Assembly: GCA_050950165.1 (NCBI GenBank)
Contig: JBMNHC010000001.1
Coordinates: forward strand, 657,073 to 721,072
DNA length: 64,000 bases
Direction of reading: 5' to 3'
Origin: Candidatus Dojkabacteria bacterium
Lineage (GTDB): Bacteria; Patescibacteriota; Dojkabacteria; SC72
Positions 1 through 9,535 of the stretch are shown here, piece by piece (position 1 is the stretch's first letter; each line of letters begins with the position of its first letter). The translations under genes and the position numbers were made by a program. The notes under the pieces are model-generated. The model did no database searches and had not been told where the DNA came from. It was given only the letters and a program-made list of their open reading frames with translations.

Positions 1-1266
1 GTAGCAATGATATATAGCTTTGGTGTTAATGATGAAGATGTGGATGGAATGTTAGATGAAGATCCAGAGAATACAGATATGTTAGATAGTAATTCTAGAG
101 ATTTCTTAGACAGAGCAATTGAGGATTACAATAAAATGTTTGGGACATCATTTGATACATCATCGTATAAGTTTCAAAACTATTACAAAGATGTTAGTCG
201 AAGAGTGAAAGATCGAGAGGTAGACATTCTACTTGTTGTTAGTATGTTCTTAACAGGATTTGATGCTACAACTCTTAATACTCTTTGGGTTGATAAAAAT
301 TTAAGGTTACATGGTCTTCTTCAAGCATACTCAAGGACAAATCGTATATTAAATACAGTCAAGACATTTGGAAATATTGTATGTTTTAGGAATTTAGAAC
401 AAGCTACTAATGAATCTATTGCTCTATTTGGTGACAAAGAAGCTAGTGGTATTGTATTACTAAAATCTTACGAAGATTACTATCACGGATACCAAGATGG
501 TGATAAGGAGGTTAGGGGCTATGAGAGTTTAGTAAAAGAGCTTTTAGAGAAATTCCCTGTTGGAGACATCATTGTTGGCGAGCAAAATCAGAAAGATTTT
601 ATCAAACTGTATGGTGCAATATTAAGAGTGAGAAATATTTTAACAACATTTGATGAGTTTGAGGGGAATGAGATATTAACAGATAGAGATGTTCAAGATT
701 ACCATAGTATGTATATTGATTTGTACAATGAGTTTAAGAAGGCAGAAGATTCTGAGAAGGAAAATATTAATGATGATGTTGTATTTGAGATGGAGCTTAT
801 TAAGCAGGTTGATATAGATATTGATTATATTCTTGCATTAATTAAGAAATATCATGAAGATCATATTAAAAACAAGGAGATTTTGGTTGATATTAACAAG
901 GCGATTGATGCAAGTATGAAGTTAAGGAACAAGAAGGAATTAATTAACCAGTTTATTTCTTCTCTTGATATATCTTCATCGGTTGATGAGGATTGGACTA
1001 AGTTTGTTGAAAAGAAAAGGATAGAAGAGTTGGATAGGATTATTGAAGAAGAGAATCTTAATAGAGAAGAAGCATATAAATTTGTTAAAAATGCTTTCCG
1101 TGATGGTAGTGTTCCAGTAACTGGTACAGCTATTACTACAGTATTGCCTCCGACAAGAAAATTCGATAGAGACTCACAGAGAAGTAAGATTAAGGAGAAT
1201 GTTTTGAAGAAGTTAAAAGAGTTTTTTGATAGATTTTTTGATATTTCGGGTGGGGTGTTTAACTAA
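1..1266 (+). CDS. hsdR: Type I restriction enzyme R subunit (HsdR), C-terminal portion. The gene is 5'-truncated by the window edge; the frame is open from nt 1.
   Basis: Translation contains the HsdR C-terminal helicase motif block ILLVVSMFLTGFDATTLNTLWVDKNLRLHGLLQAYSRTNR. The reading frame continues upstream of the first Met to position 1 (V-A-M...). Confidence 0.8.
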   Translation, partial: VAMIYSFGVNDEDVDGMLDEDPENTDMLDSNSRDFLDRAIEDYNKMFGTSFDTSSYKFQNYYKDVSRRVKDREVDILLVVSMFLTGFDATTLNTLWVDKNLRLHGLLQAYSRTNRILNTVKTFGNIVCFRNLEQATNESIALFGDKEASGIVLLKSYEDYYHGYQDGDKEVRGYESLVKELLEKFPVGDIIVGEQNQKDFIKLYGAILRVRNILTTFDEFEGNEILTDRDVQDYHSMYIDLYNEFKKAEDSEKENINDDVVFEMELIKQVDIDIDYILALIKKYHEDHIKNKEILVDINKAIDASMKLRNKKELINQFISSLDISSSVDEDWTKFVEKKRIEELDRIIEEENLNREEAYKFVKNAFRDGSVPVTGTAITTVLPPTRKFDRDSQRSKIKENVLKKLKEFFDRFFDISGGVFN

Positions 1267-1333
1267 GCAGTATGAAATTAGCTGTAGAATAGTAAGTGCT
1301 ATAATAATACTAATAACTTAAAACCATAAATAT

Positions 1334-2257
1334 ATGAGAAACTATTACAGAATAATACTTGGATCTGGAAATATTTATGCTGAACAAATGTACGATGAGG
1401 GATATGTAGGTGTTAGTTTCCTCCCTGCAATAGATTTAAAAGGTAGGCTACATGAGAATTGGAGAGATTTTAATAAAGAATTCATACCCATTTATCTAGA
1501 AAAATTCCCTGAAAAATCAAGGGTAGCAGCAGGATTAGCCTGTGGTTCTATTTGGACTGTATCTAAAGGATTACAGATAGGGGATATTGTTCTAAGTCCA
1601 GATGGTGAAGGAGCATATTATATTGGCGAAGTAGAAGGAGATTATGAATATCATAAAGATACTGTATTACCACATAGAAGAAAGGTAAAATGGTATGAAA
1701 AGAAAATCCAAAGGAAAGAAATGAGTGAAAGTTTGCAGAATTCAACTGGATCAATAGGGACTGTATGTAATATATCTGGATATTCTGAAGAAATCGATAA
1801 TCTGCTAGAAGGTAATAATCAAAGGGTAGTTAGAGTACTTGATGAAACTGTTGAAGATGCTTCTAGTTTTGTTTTAGAAAAGCATTTAGAAGATTTCTTA
1901 GTAGAAAATTGGGATAAAACAGCATTAGGCAAAAATTATAATATCTATGAGGAAGAAGGAGAGCTAGTTGGACAACAATTTCCTACAGATACTGGTCCTA
2001 TTGATATTTTAGCTATTAGTAAAGATAAGAAGGTATTACTTGTTGTAGAGCTAAAGAAAGGAAGAATTAGTGATGTAGTTGTTGGGCAATTACAAAGATA
2101 CATGGGTTATGTTAAAGATGAATTAGCAGAGAAAGATCAAACAGTTAAAGGAGTGATAATAACATTAGAAGATGATATTAGACTTAGAAGAGCCTTATCT
2201 GTAACAAATAATATTGAGTTTTACAGATACGAGATTGATTTTAAGTTAAAAAATTGA
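1334..2257 (+). CDS. Two-domain protein: N-terminal EVE/PUA-like beta-barrel fused to a C-terminal NucS/RecB-like PD-(D/E)xK nuclease. Candidate modification-dependent (type IV-like) restriction endonuclease.
   Basis: The N-terminal half has a PUA/EVE-like pattern (IGDIVLSPDGEGAYYIGEVEGDYEY). The C-terminal half, GPIDILAISKDKKVLLVVELKKGRISDVVVGQLQRYMGYV, matches the NucS-type D...D...E-x-K motif. It lies directly downstream of hsdR. Confidence 0.55.
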   Translation: MRNYYRIILGSGNIYAEQMYDEGYVGVSFLPAIDLKGRLHENWRDFNKEFIPIYLEKFPEKSRVAAGLACGSIWTVSKGLQIGDIVLSPDGEGAYYIGEVEGDYEYHKDTVLPHRRKVKWYEKKIQRKEMSESLQNSTGSIGTVCNISGYSEEIDNLLEGNNQRVVRVLDETVEDASSFVLEKHLEDFLVENWDKTALGKNYNIYEEEGELVGQQFPTDTGPIDILAISKDKKVLLVVELKKGRISDVVVGQLQRYMGYVKDELAEKDQTVKGVIITLEDDIRLRRALSVTNNIEFYRYEIDFKLKN

Positions 2258-2295
2258 AAAACATCCCTAATTTTTGTATAATATATATAGAGAGG

Positions 2296-2346
2296 TGGAA
2301 GCCACCTGACCCCTTTGTGTCAGGTCTAAGCTTCCATCTTTTTTAT
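2296..2346 (+). terminator. Rho-independent terminator hairpin between convergent genes, with a T-tract on the + strand.
   Basis: Inverted repeat tggaagc-cacctgac ... gtcaggt-ctaagcttcca, followed by tcttttttatc. It overlaps the stop codon of the minus-strand gene 2326..2808. Confidence 0.5.
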
Positions 2347-2808
2347 CTCCAATACATCAATAATCTTCTTATTTTTTACAATAATAATATTTACATTACC
2401 CTTTTGATTACTAAGTAGATATCTCCTAGTTCTATGTATAGTTTCTTGTCTAATTTCCTTAATACTTTTCTTACTACCACTAATATCTAAAAATATTACA
2501 CCTTCTCCTTGTATCTGTTGTAGTCCTTTCCTTGTTTGACTATCTATACTGGATTTACCTTTGGCTGATTTAATTTCTAATTTAATACCAGACCATAAGG
2601 CGTCAGGGGTTTTTAGTCCAAGATCACCTTTACCAGCTAGGAACTGTATCTTCCCACCAAACTCTCTAATTACTACCTCTGCCATACTCATCTCATGTTT
2701 ACTTGGTTCTCTTTGTCTTTTATCTATCTTTCCAATACCAGGTGTTAATCTTTTTCTAAAAGTATTCTTAACACTTTTAACCTTAATTAGAATATCTATA
2801 TTACTCAT
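2326..2808 (-). CDS. Hypothetical 160-aa protein with a PD-(D/E)xK-like motif; possible small nuclease.
   Basis: The motif GKGDLGLKTPDALWSGIKLEIKSAKG has D...E-x-K spacing. No confident family match. Confidence 0.45.
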   Translation of the reverse strand: MSNIDILIKVKSVKNTFRKRLTPGIGKIDKRQREPSKHEMSMAEVVIREFGGKIQFLAGKGDLGLKTPDALWSGIKLEIKSAKGKSSIDSQTRKGLQQIQGEGVIFLDISGSKKSIKEIRQETIHRTRRYLLSNQKGNVNIIIVKNKKIIDVLEIKKMEA

Positions 2809-2959
2809 GTATGGATATATCTAAATATCTCCATACATATTTTAAATAGTGAAAATGAATAGAAGATTAATTAATTAGGTTCTATTTGACAGTGGGTAGA
2901 GTTTAGTATATGATACTTACCAGATGCAGGGGTTGACAGGGTCAGCCCCTCTTTCACTT

Positions 2960-3880
2960 TTATTTAGAAGGTATTGTATACACACAATCTATCTTAAAAT
3001 CTCTCTTTAGGGCATTTCCTTTCTTACAGAGAACACTCCATATATTTTTGTATGACTCTACTTCTTTGTTATTAAGCCTCTTATATTTCGAAAGATTATA
3101 CCCATATGAAATCATGTCTGCTAATTCCAACCCTAAATACTTAGCTCTCTTGTTTGGAAAAGAGATACTGTATATCGAATCTTTTAATGCCACTGCAAAG
3201 GAAGTTCTTGTTCTTTTATCACCCTTCTTTTTCTCATTGAAAAACTGTTCTGTATATCTAAGTATTCTTTCTCTATTAGGTGATGTTTCAAAACAGATCT
3301 CAAATTCCTTAATATCCATTTTCTTCTTTTTAACATAATCAGTTACATATTTCTTGAGAATTGTATAATATGCTATTTCCAATGGATATTGTTTGTTAAT
3401 ATCTTGAAACTTACTCTTCTTTATTACATCTAAAACCTCATTGATTGTTTTTTCTTTAAAATTTTCAATTGAAAGTCCACTTCTTTGCCAAATAGCTTTT
3501 GCTTCAGAGAATGTAGTATAGAAGGGGTTTTTAGGTGAAGTAGTAGGGACTGAAGATAGGAGGGCTCCTTTATCTACTATTACAGTAATATATCCAAAGT
3601 CTAGAGTTTCTAAATAGGGGGTAAGTTCTTGTATAAATCCTATTTCTTTCTTAGTAGGTTTCCAAAATAGTTCTTGTGAATGTATTGGTTCTTCATTTCC
3701 AAAATGTTTCAATTTTAATCGATAATAATATGTTGCTAGATTTTGAAACTCAATGTTTTTTGCAATTACACCAGTCAAAATAAAAAATGGTCTTTGATCG
3801 TTAAGGGAAGCAACACCACTCTCATCGAAATATATGGTATTTCTACTAATATTGTTTCCTTTGTTCTCTGCTTTTCCCAT
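2960..3880 (-). CDS. DUF3800 family protein.
   Basis: The N-terminus, IYFDESG, is the DUF3800 signature. The downstream hairpin ggggttgac-agg-gtcagcccc at about 2924..2945 is a likely terminator. Confidence 0.6.
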   Translation of the reverse strand: MGKAENKGNNISRNTIYFDESGVASLNDQRPFFILTGVIAKNIEFQNLATYYYRLKLKHFGNEEPIHSQELFWKPTKKEIGFIQELTPYLETLDFGYITVIVDKGALLSSVPTTSPKNPFYTTFSEAKAIWQRSGLSIENFKEKTINEVLDVIKKSKFQDINKQYPLEIAYYTILKKYVTDYVKKKKMDIKEFEICFETSPNRERILRYTEQFFNEKKKGDKRTRTSFAVALKDSIYSISFPNKRAKYLGLELADMISYGYNLSKYKRLNNKEVESYKNIWSVLCKKGNALKRDFKIDCVYTIPSK

Positions 3881-4003
3881 GGTGAAATTATATCATTTCT
3901 CTTAAGAATTGTTGTTTTAATCTTACTTTTTTTCTTCATCATGTAATGAATTTCAGATTAACTAATATAGTATAATAGAGGAATAATATAACTATATAAA
4001 AGT

Positions 4004-4780
4004 ATGTCTACCTTACAAAATTACTACAACAATATATATACAGAAGACGATAGACTCTTTAAAGACCAAAAACATAAAACAGAATTCATACTAACTACAG
4101 ACTACATAGACAAATATCTTAAAAAAGGTATGAAGATATTAGAACTAGGAGCAGGTACAGGAGCATACTCTCTTCTTTATGCATCTAAAGGATATGAAGT
4201 AGATGCATTGGAATATGTAAAGGAGAATTTAGATATCCTTAAATCTAAGATAACTGAGGATATGAATATTAATCCTGTACTAGGAGATGCAAGAGATCTA
4301 TCAATATATGAAGATAATACCTTTGATATGGTACTAAACCTAGGACCTCTCTATCACCTAGAAGGAGAGGATAGGGATAAGGTAATACAAGAAGCTAAGA
4401 GGGTATGTAAAAAGGGAGGATTAATATACTTTGCATATATATCTAACAACTTTACATTCGTAAAATGCATAAAGAAATTTGATAATTACATCATAGAATA
4501 CAAAGAAGAGATACTAGAAGGATATAGATTAAGAGATAGTCAAAATATATTTACATTCATGTATCCAAGTGAAATGGAAGAGTTAATGAAGAAGTATGAC
4601 CTATCTAAAGTACATCATCTAACAACAGATGGTATTAGTAGCCTTCTCATTGATCGAATAAATGAATTACCAGAAGATCAGTATGAAGTATGGATAGATT
4701 ACTTAAGAACAACAGCAGAGAGAGAAGACCAACTAGGATATGGAGAACATCTATTGTATATTGCTAGATGGGAATCATAG
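4004..4780 (+). CDS. Class I SAM-dependent methyltransferase.
   Basis: Glycine-rich SAM-binding motif ILELGAGTGAYS, followed by an acidic residue (EVDALE). Confidence 0.75.
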   Translation: MSTLQNYYNNIYTEDDRLFKDQKHKTEFILTTDYIDKYLKKGMKILELGAGTGAYSLLYASKGYEVDALEYVKENLDILKSKITEDMNINPVLGDARDLSIYEDNTFDMVLNLGPLYHLEGEDRDKVIQEAKRVCKKGGLIYFAYISNNFTFVKCIKKFDNYIIEYKEEILEGYRLRDSQNIFTFMYPSEMEELMKKYDLSKVHHLTTDGISSLLIDRINELPEDQYEVWIDYLRTTAEREDQLGYGEHLLYIARWES

Positions 4781-5247
4781 GTCTTGGTGATATTGGTAGT
4801 AGGGTTGCTGAATTAGGAAAGAATATGGGTATGGATGTGTACTATTGGTCTAGAAAAACAAGAGATGAAAAATATACATATTTAGAGTTAGAAGAATTGA
4901 TTAAAACCTCTGATTATCTCTTCTTAACTATTGCAGATGGTTCTGAGACTAAAGAATTTTTGAATAAAGAAAGAATAGATATGATGAAAAAGAATTCACA
5001 TATCATAAATACGACTGGTAATGAGGTTTGGGATTTTAATTATGCAGTAGAAAAAGTAAAAGATGGATCTATTGGTGGTATAGGGTTAGATGAAGATAAA
5101 GTGGAGATAAAAGATTATGGATGTAATGTTATGATTACTCCACATATAGCTTGGTTTACGAAAGAATCTTTTGAAGAGGATTATAGAATATGGGTTGAAT
5201 GTATTATCTCTGTGATTGATAATGATCCTATTAATATAGCTAATTAA
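4768..5247 (+). CDS. N-terminally truncated D-isomer-specific 2-hydroxyacid dehydrogenase: NAD-binding and catalytic C-terminal part only. Probable gene remnant.
   Basis: Starts exactly at the GIIGLGDIGSRVA Rossmann motif and contains the catalytic His context NVMITPHIAW. A TAG stop lies immediately upstream in frame (4765..4767). It overlaps the methyltransferase by 13 nt. Confidence 0.55.
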   Translation: MGIIGLGDIGSRVAELGKNMGMDVYYWSRKTRDEKYTYLELEELIKTSDYLFLTIADGSETKEFLNKERIDMMKKNSHIINTTGNEVWDFNYAVEKVKDGSIGGIGLDEDKVEIKDYGCNVMITPHIAWFTKESFEEDYRIWVECIISVIDNDPINIAN

Positions 5248-5293
5248 ATAGTTTCGAACAAATATAGAAAATGTTTTAGGTTGATATACTACC

Positions 5294-5752
5294 CTATTCC
5301 CAATGAGATAGTATCTTATCTGCAAGTACAATTAAAAAATCTTTATCAACAATCTTCTCTCTGTCATCATCATAGTGATGTGCAAAAAGCTCGTCTTTGA
5401 AAACCTCTCCATTAAATTCAACAACATCTCTATATCTAGGTAATATATGTATATGTAGTGGATCAGGATTATCTTTATTCTTCTCTTTGTAAGAATTATT
5501 CATTAAACATGTCCAATTAAAGTTTGTAGTATTAAATGCTTTTTTAAAAGCAATTTCATATCTTTTTATTAATGAAAATAGTTCTAATATATGCTCCTGT
5601 GATAGTTCAGAAAGATGTCTTTTTGATACATCTTTATACTCTATGGTGGCTCTTCCTAAGTAATATTGATTCTCCCAAAGAGTAATAAACCAATTTGCTG
5701 TTTCAAAAAGAATTACTTCATTGGGATATGCAGGGTGTGTTTTGTACTTCAT
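5294..5752 (-). CDS. HIT-like family protein with a degenerate histidine triad.
   Basis: Motif DPLHIHILPRY, i.e. H-x-H-x-L where the canonical triad is H-x-H-x-H. Confidence 0.55.
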   Translation of the reverse strand: MKYKTHPAYPNEVILFETANWFITLWENQYYLGRATIEYKDVSKRHLSELSQEHILELFSLIKRYEIAFKKAFNTTNFNWTCLMNNSYKEKNKDNPDPLHIHILPRYRDVVEFNGEVFKDELFAHHYDDDREKIVDKDFLIVLADKILSHWE

Positions 5753-6344
5753 AATAATTAGATAGTCTTCTCAAATAGATATTGATATCAATATTAGGAT
5801 ACTTAATTTTTAATTTAGATAGATTATCAAAATCTAAATCTTTATTAGGTTTTAGATATACCTGATTAACATCATAAATATCATTGTAGGAGCTATTAAT
5901 AATTGAACAATTCTTTAATTTTACTTTTTTAAGTAAATTCTTATCATTAGATTGTAATAGTATAATTGGTTTATATCCTAAGCTTATATGAAATGGAACT
6001 CCTTCATAAGTAGAGGATGCAAAGATATATTTTTTAATGTTGGAAAATTCTGTTAATTCTCTCTCAAACTTTTTAACTAGACTCTTACCTACTCCTTTTC
6101 TTCGATATTCTTTATCTACAGCGATTCCTCTCCCTATACATATATCATTATCAATATATCCTAGCTTTATCCCTATGATATTGTCTTTAGTATCTTTTGC
6201 AACTAAGAAGATACCTGAATTAGAGTTAAGTCTTTTAGTAAACTCTTTTTTGTTTATAAAGGGTCTTTTACCTAGATATTTATTATGGAAGTTTACAACG
6301 AGATTAATCTCATCTATTTGCATTTCGGATATTTTATATCCCAT
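5718..6344 (-). CDS. GNAT family N-acetyltransferase.
   Basis: Acetyl-CoA binding motif A: GIAVDKEYRRKGVGKSLV. Confidence 0.7.
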   Translation of the reverse strand: MGYKISEMQIDEINLVVNFHNKYLGKRPFINKKEFTKRLNSNSGIFLVAKDTKDNIIGIKLGYIDNDICIGRGIAVDKEYRRKGVGKSLVKKFERELTEFSNIKKYIFASSTYEGVPFHISLGYKPIILLQSNDKNLLKKVKLKNCSIINSSYNDIYDVNQVYLKPNKDLDFDNLSKLKIKYPNIDINIYLRRLSNYYEVQNTPCISQ

Positions 6345-6420
6345 ATTGTATTTTAATACCTTTCTATGACAGAGTGTCTAAACTAAGAGAAGACACTCTG
6401 TCAATTTTCTTTTACTAATC

Positions 6421-7893
6421 CTACTCTGCTTGTACAACTTCAGGTAATTGTAACTTCTCAAATGTATTATCTGGCAATATTCTGTAATACCCTGATCCCT
6501 CTGGTCCATATACACTCCAAGAGTTAACAGGAACATTGTATGTTTGTCCTGTACTTGGTGAAGTTACCATCTGATACCCTCTCATTCCCTCTAACCAATT
6601 ATCACCAACTGCATTTGCTAGAGACTGTGAATATGTACTACTTTGAGCAGTCATTGTAGCTCTTGTATTTTCAATAGGGTTAATTATTGGAAGTAATGTA
6701 TTCTTTCTCATCATCATATTCATATCAACGAAGTCAAAACTATCTTGTATCTTCTGTAAATCACCTTTTACATTTTCCCAATTCTCAGCTATTGTCATCT
6801 GCCCAAACCCATAAGCTGATGCATACTTAGTCTCACCAGCAGAGTATGGAGGCTGATATACTCCTACAGTTACTTTACCTAGGATAGGGATCCCTTGCAT
6901 TTTACCACTAAGATCGAATTCCTGTGCACTATATCCTAATATCTGAGATGGTAATACAGGACCGTCTGTTAATGTAATATTTGTTATTTCTTTAATCTGT
7001 GAGAACATCTCTTCTGCCCAAGTTCTAGGTGTATATTCACCTTTTAATTCTGTAGTGTGCATATAGCTAAGTACTGTTCTTTGATCAGATTTTATTATCT
7101 GAATGAAATCTTTTTGCTCGTTTTCAACAGCGTAATCAGAAGGTTTATCTAGCTGGAAGTACTTTCCCTTGTGTGTCTTAAAACCTTCAGGAACTTGCTT
7201 CTCATCAGGTTCTTGAGTTTGCTCTGCTAGTAAAATGTCGTCTGTAAGTACTCTTGTTCTTGCAAAACATCCAGAAATTTCCTTTAAGAGACTTTCTCTC
7301 TCTTCAAAGACCTCCGTTGGTGCCCAATATACTTTAAATGTAACAAAATCTTTTGATTTAGAAACAAGCATCTTTCCTTTTATATTGTATCCATTAATTG
7401 TTGCTGTAACATCTGCATAAGCTTCGTCCTCTGATTCTTCTAACTCTACAATATCCTGCATCTGAAAGGTCCCTTCTCCCTCTTCAGTTGTTTGTTGTAA
7501 AATTGTAGAAAATGTATTTAAGATATCTTGTTTAGTTAATTCCTGTTGTAATTTAGCAGTATAAATGAGTACTGCTGTTGTATTTGTTCCGTCCTCCATT
7601 ATAGAGACTGTTCCATTATCAAGAGCATAGAACCATCCATTTGGAACTCCAATACTAAAAGCACTCTCAGGATACTCTATCTTTGTTAATGTACAGTTTG
7701 GATTATCATTCTCTACAGTCTCAGCATAATTCTCTATTTTAGGCTTCCCTATTCCTAAATCTTTAACAAAATCCTTAACAGATTCTGTTCTAAGAAGAAA
7801 TACTAGGAGTATTAAGAGTACTAAAATTATGCAAGAGAGGATAATAGATTTCTTATGATTGGAAAAGAAATCTTTAAAAGAAAAATTATTCAT
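6421..7893 (-). CDS. Hypothetical membrane-anchored protein, paralog A: one N-terminal TM helix and a large extracytoplasmic domain.
   Basis: N-terminus MNNFSFKDFF plus a hydrophobic helix. Conserved blocks ENDNPNCTLTKIEYPESAFSIGVPNGW and a C-terminal TSPSTGQTY.VP.NSWS.YGPEG.GYYR. It is a tandem paralog of 8006..9457. Confidence 0.6.
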   Translation of the reverse strand: MNNFSFKDFFSNHKKSIILSCIILVLLILLVFLLRTESVKDFVKDLGIGKPKIENYAETVENDNPNCTLTKIEYPESAFSIGVPNGWFYALDNGTVSIMEDGTNTTAVLIYTAKLQQELTKQDILNTFSTILQQTTEEGEGTFQMQDIVELEESEDEAYADVTATINGYNIKGKMLVSKSKDFVTFKVYWAPTEVFEERESLLKEISGCFARTRVLTDDILLAEQTQEPDEKQVPEGFKTHKGKYFQLDKPSDYAVENEQKDFIQIIKSDQRTVLSYMHTTELKGEYTPRTWAEEMFSQIKEITNITLTDGPVLPSQILGYSAQEFDLSGKMQGIPILGKVTVGVYQPPYSAGETKYASAYGFGQMTIAENWENVKGDLQKIQDSFDFVDMNMMMRKNTLLPIINPIENTRATMTAQSSTYSQSLANAVGDNWLEGMRGYQMVTSPSTGQTYNVPVNSWSVYGPEGSGYYRILPDNTFEKLQLPEVVQAE

Positions 7894-8005
7894 ATCGTTT
7901 AAAGATATAAAATTAAGACATTAATTAATGATAGCAGATATTTGAGTCATGTAAAGCCTAATAAATTCTCCTGCTATCTTAAGGTTATTAAACATATTCA
8001 TATAA

Positions 8006-9457
8006 TTACTGTAACTTCTCTAACGAATTGTTTGGTAATTCTCTGTAGTATCCTGGTCCTTCTGGTCCATATGAACTCCAAGAGTTAAGTGGAACATCAT
8101 ATGTTTGTCCTGTACTTGGTGAAGTTACTGTCTCATACCCTCTCATACCCTCTGCCCAGTTCTCGCTAGACTCATCACTCATAGAAGATGAATAGGTACT
8201 ACCTTTAGATGTAACTGAAGACCTTGTACTCTCCATAGGTCGATTTGATGGTAGTAATGTATTCTTTCTTGTTGCACCAATATCAGTAATGGTAAAACTG
8301 TCTTGCATCTTTTGTAATGTAGCTTTTACACTTGTCCAATTTTCAGGCGTTGAAATCTGTATAGCCCAGAAAGCAGATGAATACTTAGTTCCAAATCCAA
8401 AGTATGGAGCTTGATACACTCCTACAGTAACTTTTCCTACAACGGAAATACCAGAGAGATTTCCAGTAAAGCTAAATTCTTGTACACTATGCCCTGATAT
8501 TTGAGAAGGTAGTTTAGCACCATTTGTTAATTTTAAATTTTGAATTTTTGCAAACTCAGGAAGTGCTTTCTGTGCCCAAGATCTAGGAGTATATGCACCT
8601 TCAAATCCAGTAGCATATGCATAGCTAAAACCTGCTTTACCATCAGTTCTAGTTAAATCAATACCGCTATCTGTCTCTCCTGTAACTTGGAAATTAGATG
8701 GCTTATCTAACCTAAAATATTTTCCTTTGTATGTTTGAAAACCTGCAGGCGTTTGTTCTCTCTTTGAATCTTTGTTTTTTGCTGCAAGTAAAACGTCATC
8801 GGTAAGAACCCTAGTTCTTGCAAAGCACCCACAGATATCCTTTAAGAGACCTTCTTTCTCTGCATAGACTTTAACTGGTGCCCAATATGATTTAAATGTA
8901 ACAAATTCTCCAGATTGAGATACAGACATTCTCCCTTTTATATCATATCCATCAATTTTAGATACAATATCAGCATTTGCTTCATTCTCTGATTCTTGTA
9001 TATTTTGTATATCAAAAGTACCATTTGAAGCTTCAATTGTTCGTTTAAAAATTGTAGAAAATGCTGTTAAAAATTCTTTCTTTGTTAAATCTTTCTTTAA
9101 TTTCGCAGTATACAAGAATACTGCAGTAGTATTTGTTTGATCTTCCATTATGGAAACAGTCCCGTTATTAACCTCATACAACCATCCATTTGGAACTCCA
9201 ATACTAAATGCACTCTCAGGATACTCTATCTTTGTTAATGTACAGTTTGGATTATCATTTTCTACAGTAGCAGAGTAGTATCTATTCTCAGAACTTTCTT
9301 TTTCTGGATTACTACCACTGTTTTTTATAACACCCTTAAAAGAATCAGTTAAAAAAAAGGTAAGTAAGAGTACAATGGTAAGGATTAATATTGTTGAGAT
9401 AATGATTATAACTTTTTTATATTTTGTAAAGAAATCTTTAAAAGAGAAATTGTTCAT
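8006..9457 (-). CDS. Hypothetical membrane-anchored protein, paralog B.
   Basis: Same N-terminus and conserved blocks as 6421..7893. Stretches of about 70 to 90 nt are near-identical at the DNA level (e.g. 7650..7720 vs 9200..9270; 6505..6595 vs 8068..8158). Confidence 0.6.
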   Translation of the reverse strand: MNNFSFKDFFTKYKKVIIIISTILILTIVLLLTFFLTDSFKGVIKNSGSNPEKESSENRYYSATVENDNPNCTLTKIEYPESAFSIGVPNGWLYEVNNGTVSIMEDQTNTTAVFLYTAKLKKDLTKKEFLTAFSTIFKRTIEASNGTFDIQNIQESENEANADIVSKIDGYDIKGRMSVSQSGEFVTFKSYWAPVKVYAEKEGLLKDICGCFARTRVLTDDVLLAAKNKDSKREQTPAGFQTYKGKYFRLDKPSNFQVTGETDSGIDLTRTDGKAGFSYAYATGFEGAYTPRSWAQKALPEFAKIQNLKLTNGAKLPSQISGHSVQEFSFTGNLSGISVVGKVTVGVYQAPYFGFGTKYSSAFWAIQISTPENWTSVKATLQKMQDSFTITDIGATRKNTLLPSNRPMESTRSSVTSKGSTYSSSMSDESSENWAEGMRGYETVTSPSTGQTYDVPLNSWSSYGPEGPGYYRELPNNSLEKLQ

Positions 9458-9535
9458 ATTATTTAGAACATAAAATTAGGGGTTTTAAAATAATAGCAGA
9501 TATTCATATAATGTAAAACTACTGTTTGAAAACTT

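Noticed and set aside
1563-1754. Short antisense or alternate-frame ORFs nested inside confidently assigned genes: 1563..1754, 2561..2824, 3048..3338, 3743..3946, 5086..5331, 6037..6369, 7235..7420, 9645..9917, 14656..14904, 14968..15192, 17278..17610, 19264..19776, 21092..21280, 24792..25034, 25689..26033, 26957..27298, 28395..28577, 28779..29009, 29482..29992, 32016..32798, 35997..36365, 37078..37371, 37972..38250, 38481..38699, 39052..39267, 44195..44997, 46863..47093, 48616..48876, 51225..51572, 51869..52054, 53822..54304, 54908..55294, 57040..58054, 61424..62203, 62860..63075.
   Set aside because: They overlap genes with clear family motifs on the other strand or frame, have low-complexity or AT-codon-driven composition, and have no motifs of their own. 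They are typical spurious ORFs of an AT-rich genome.
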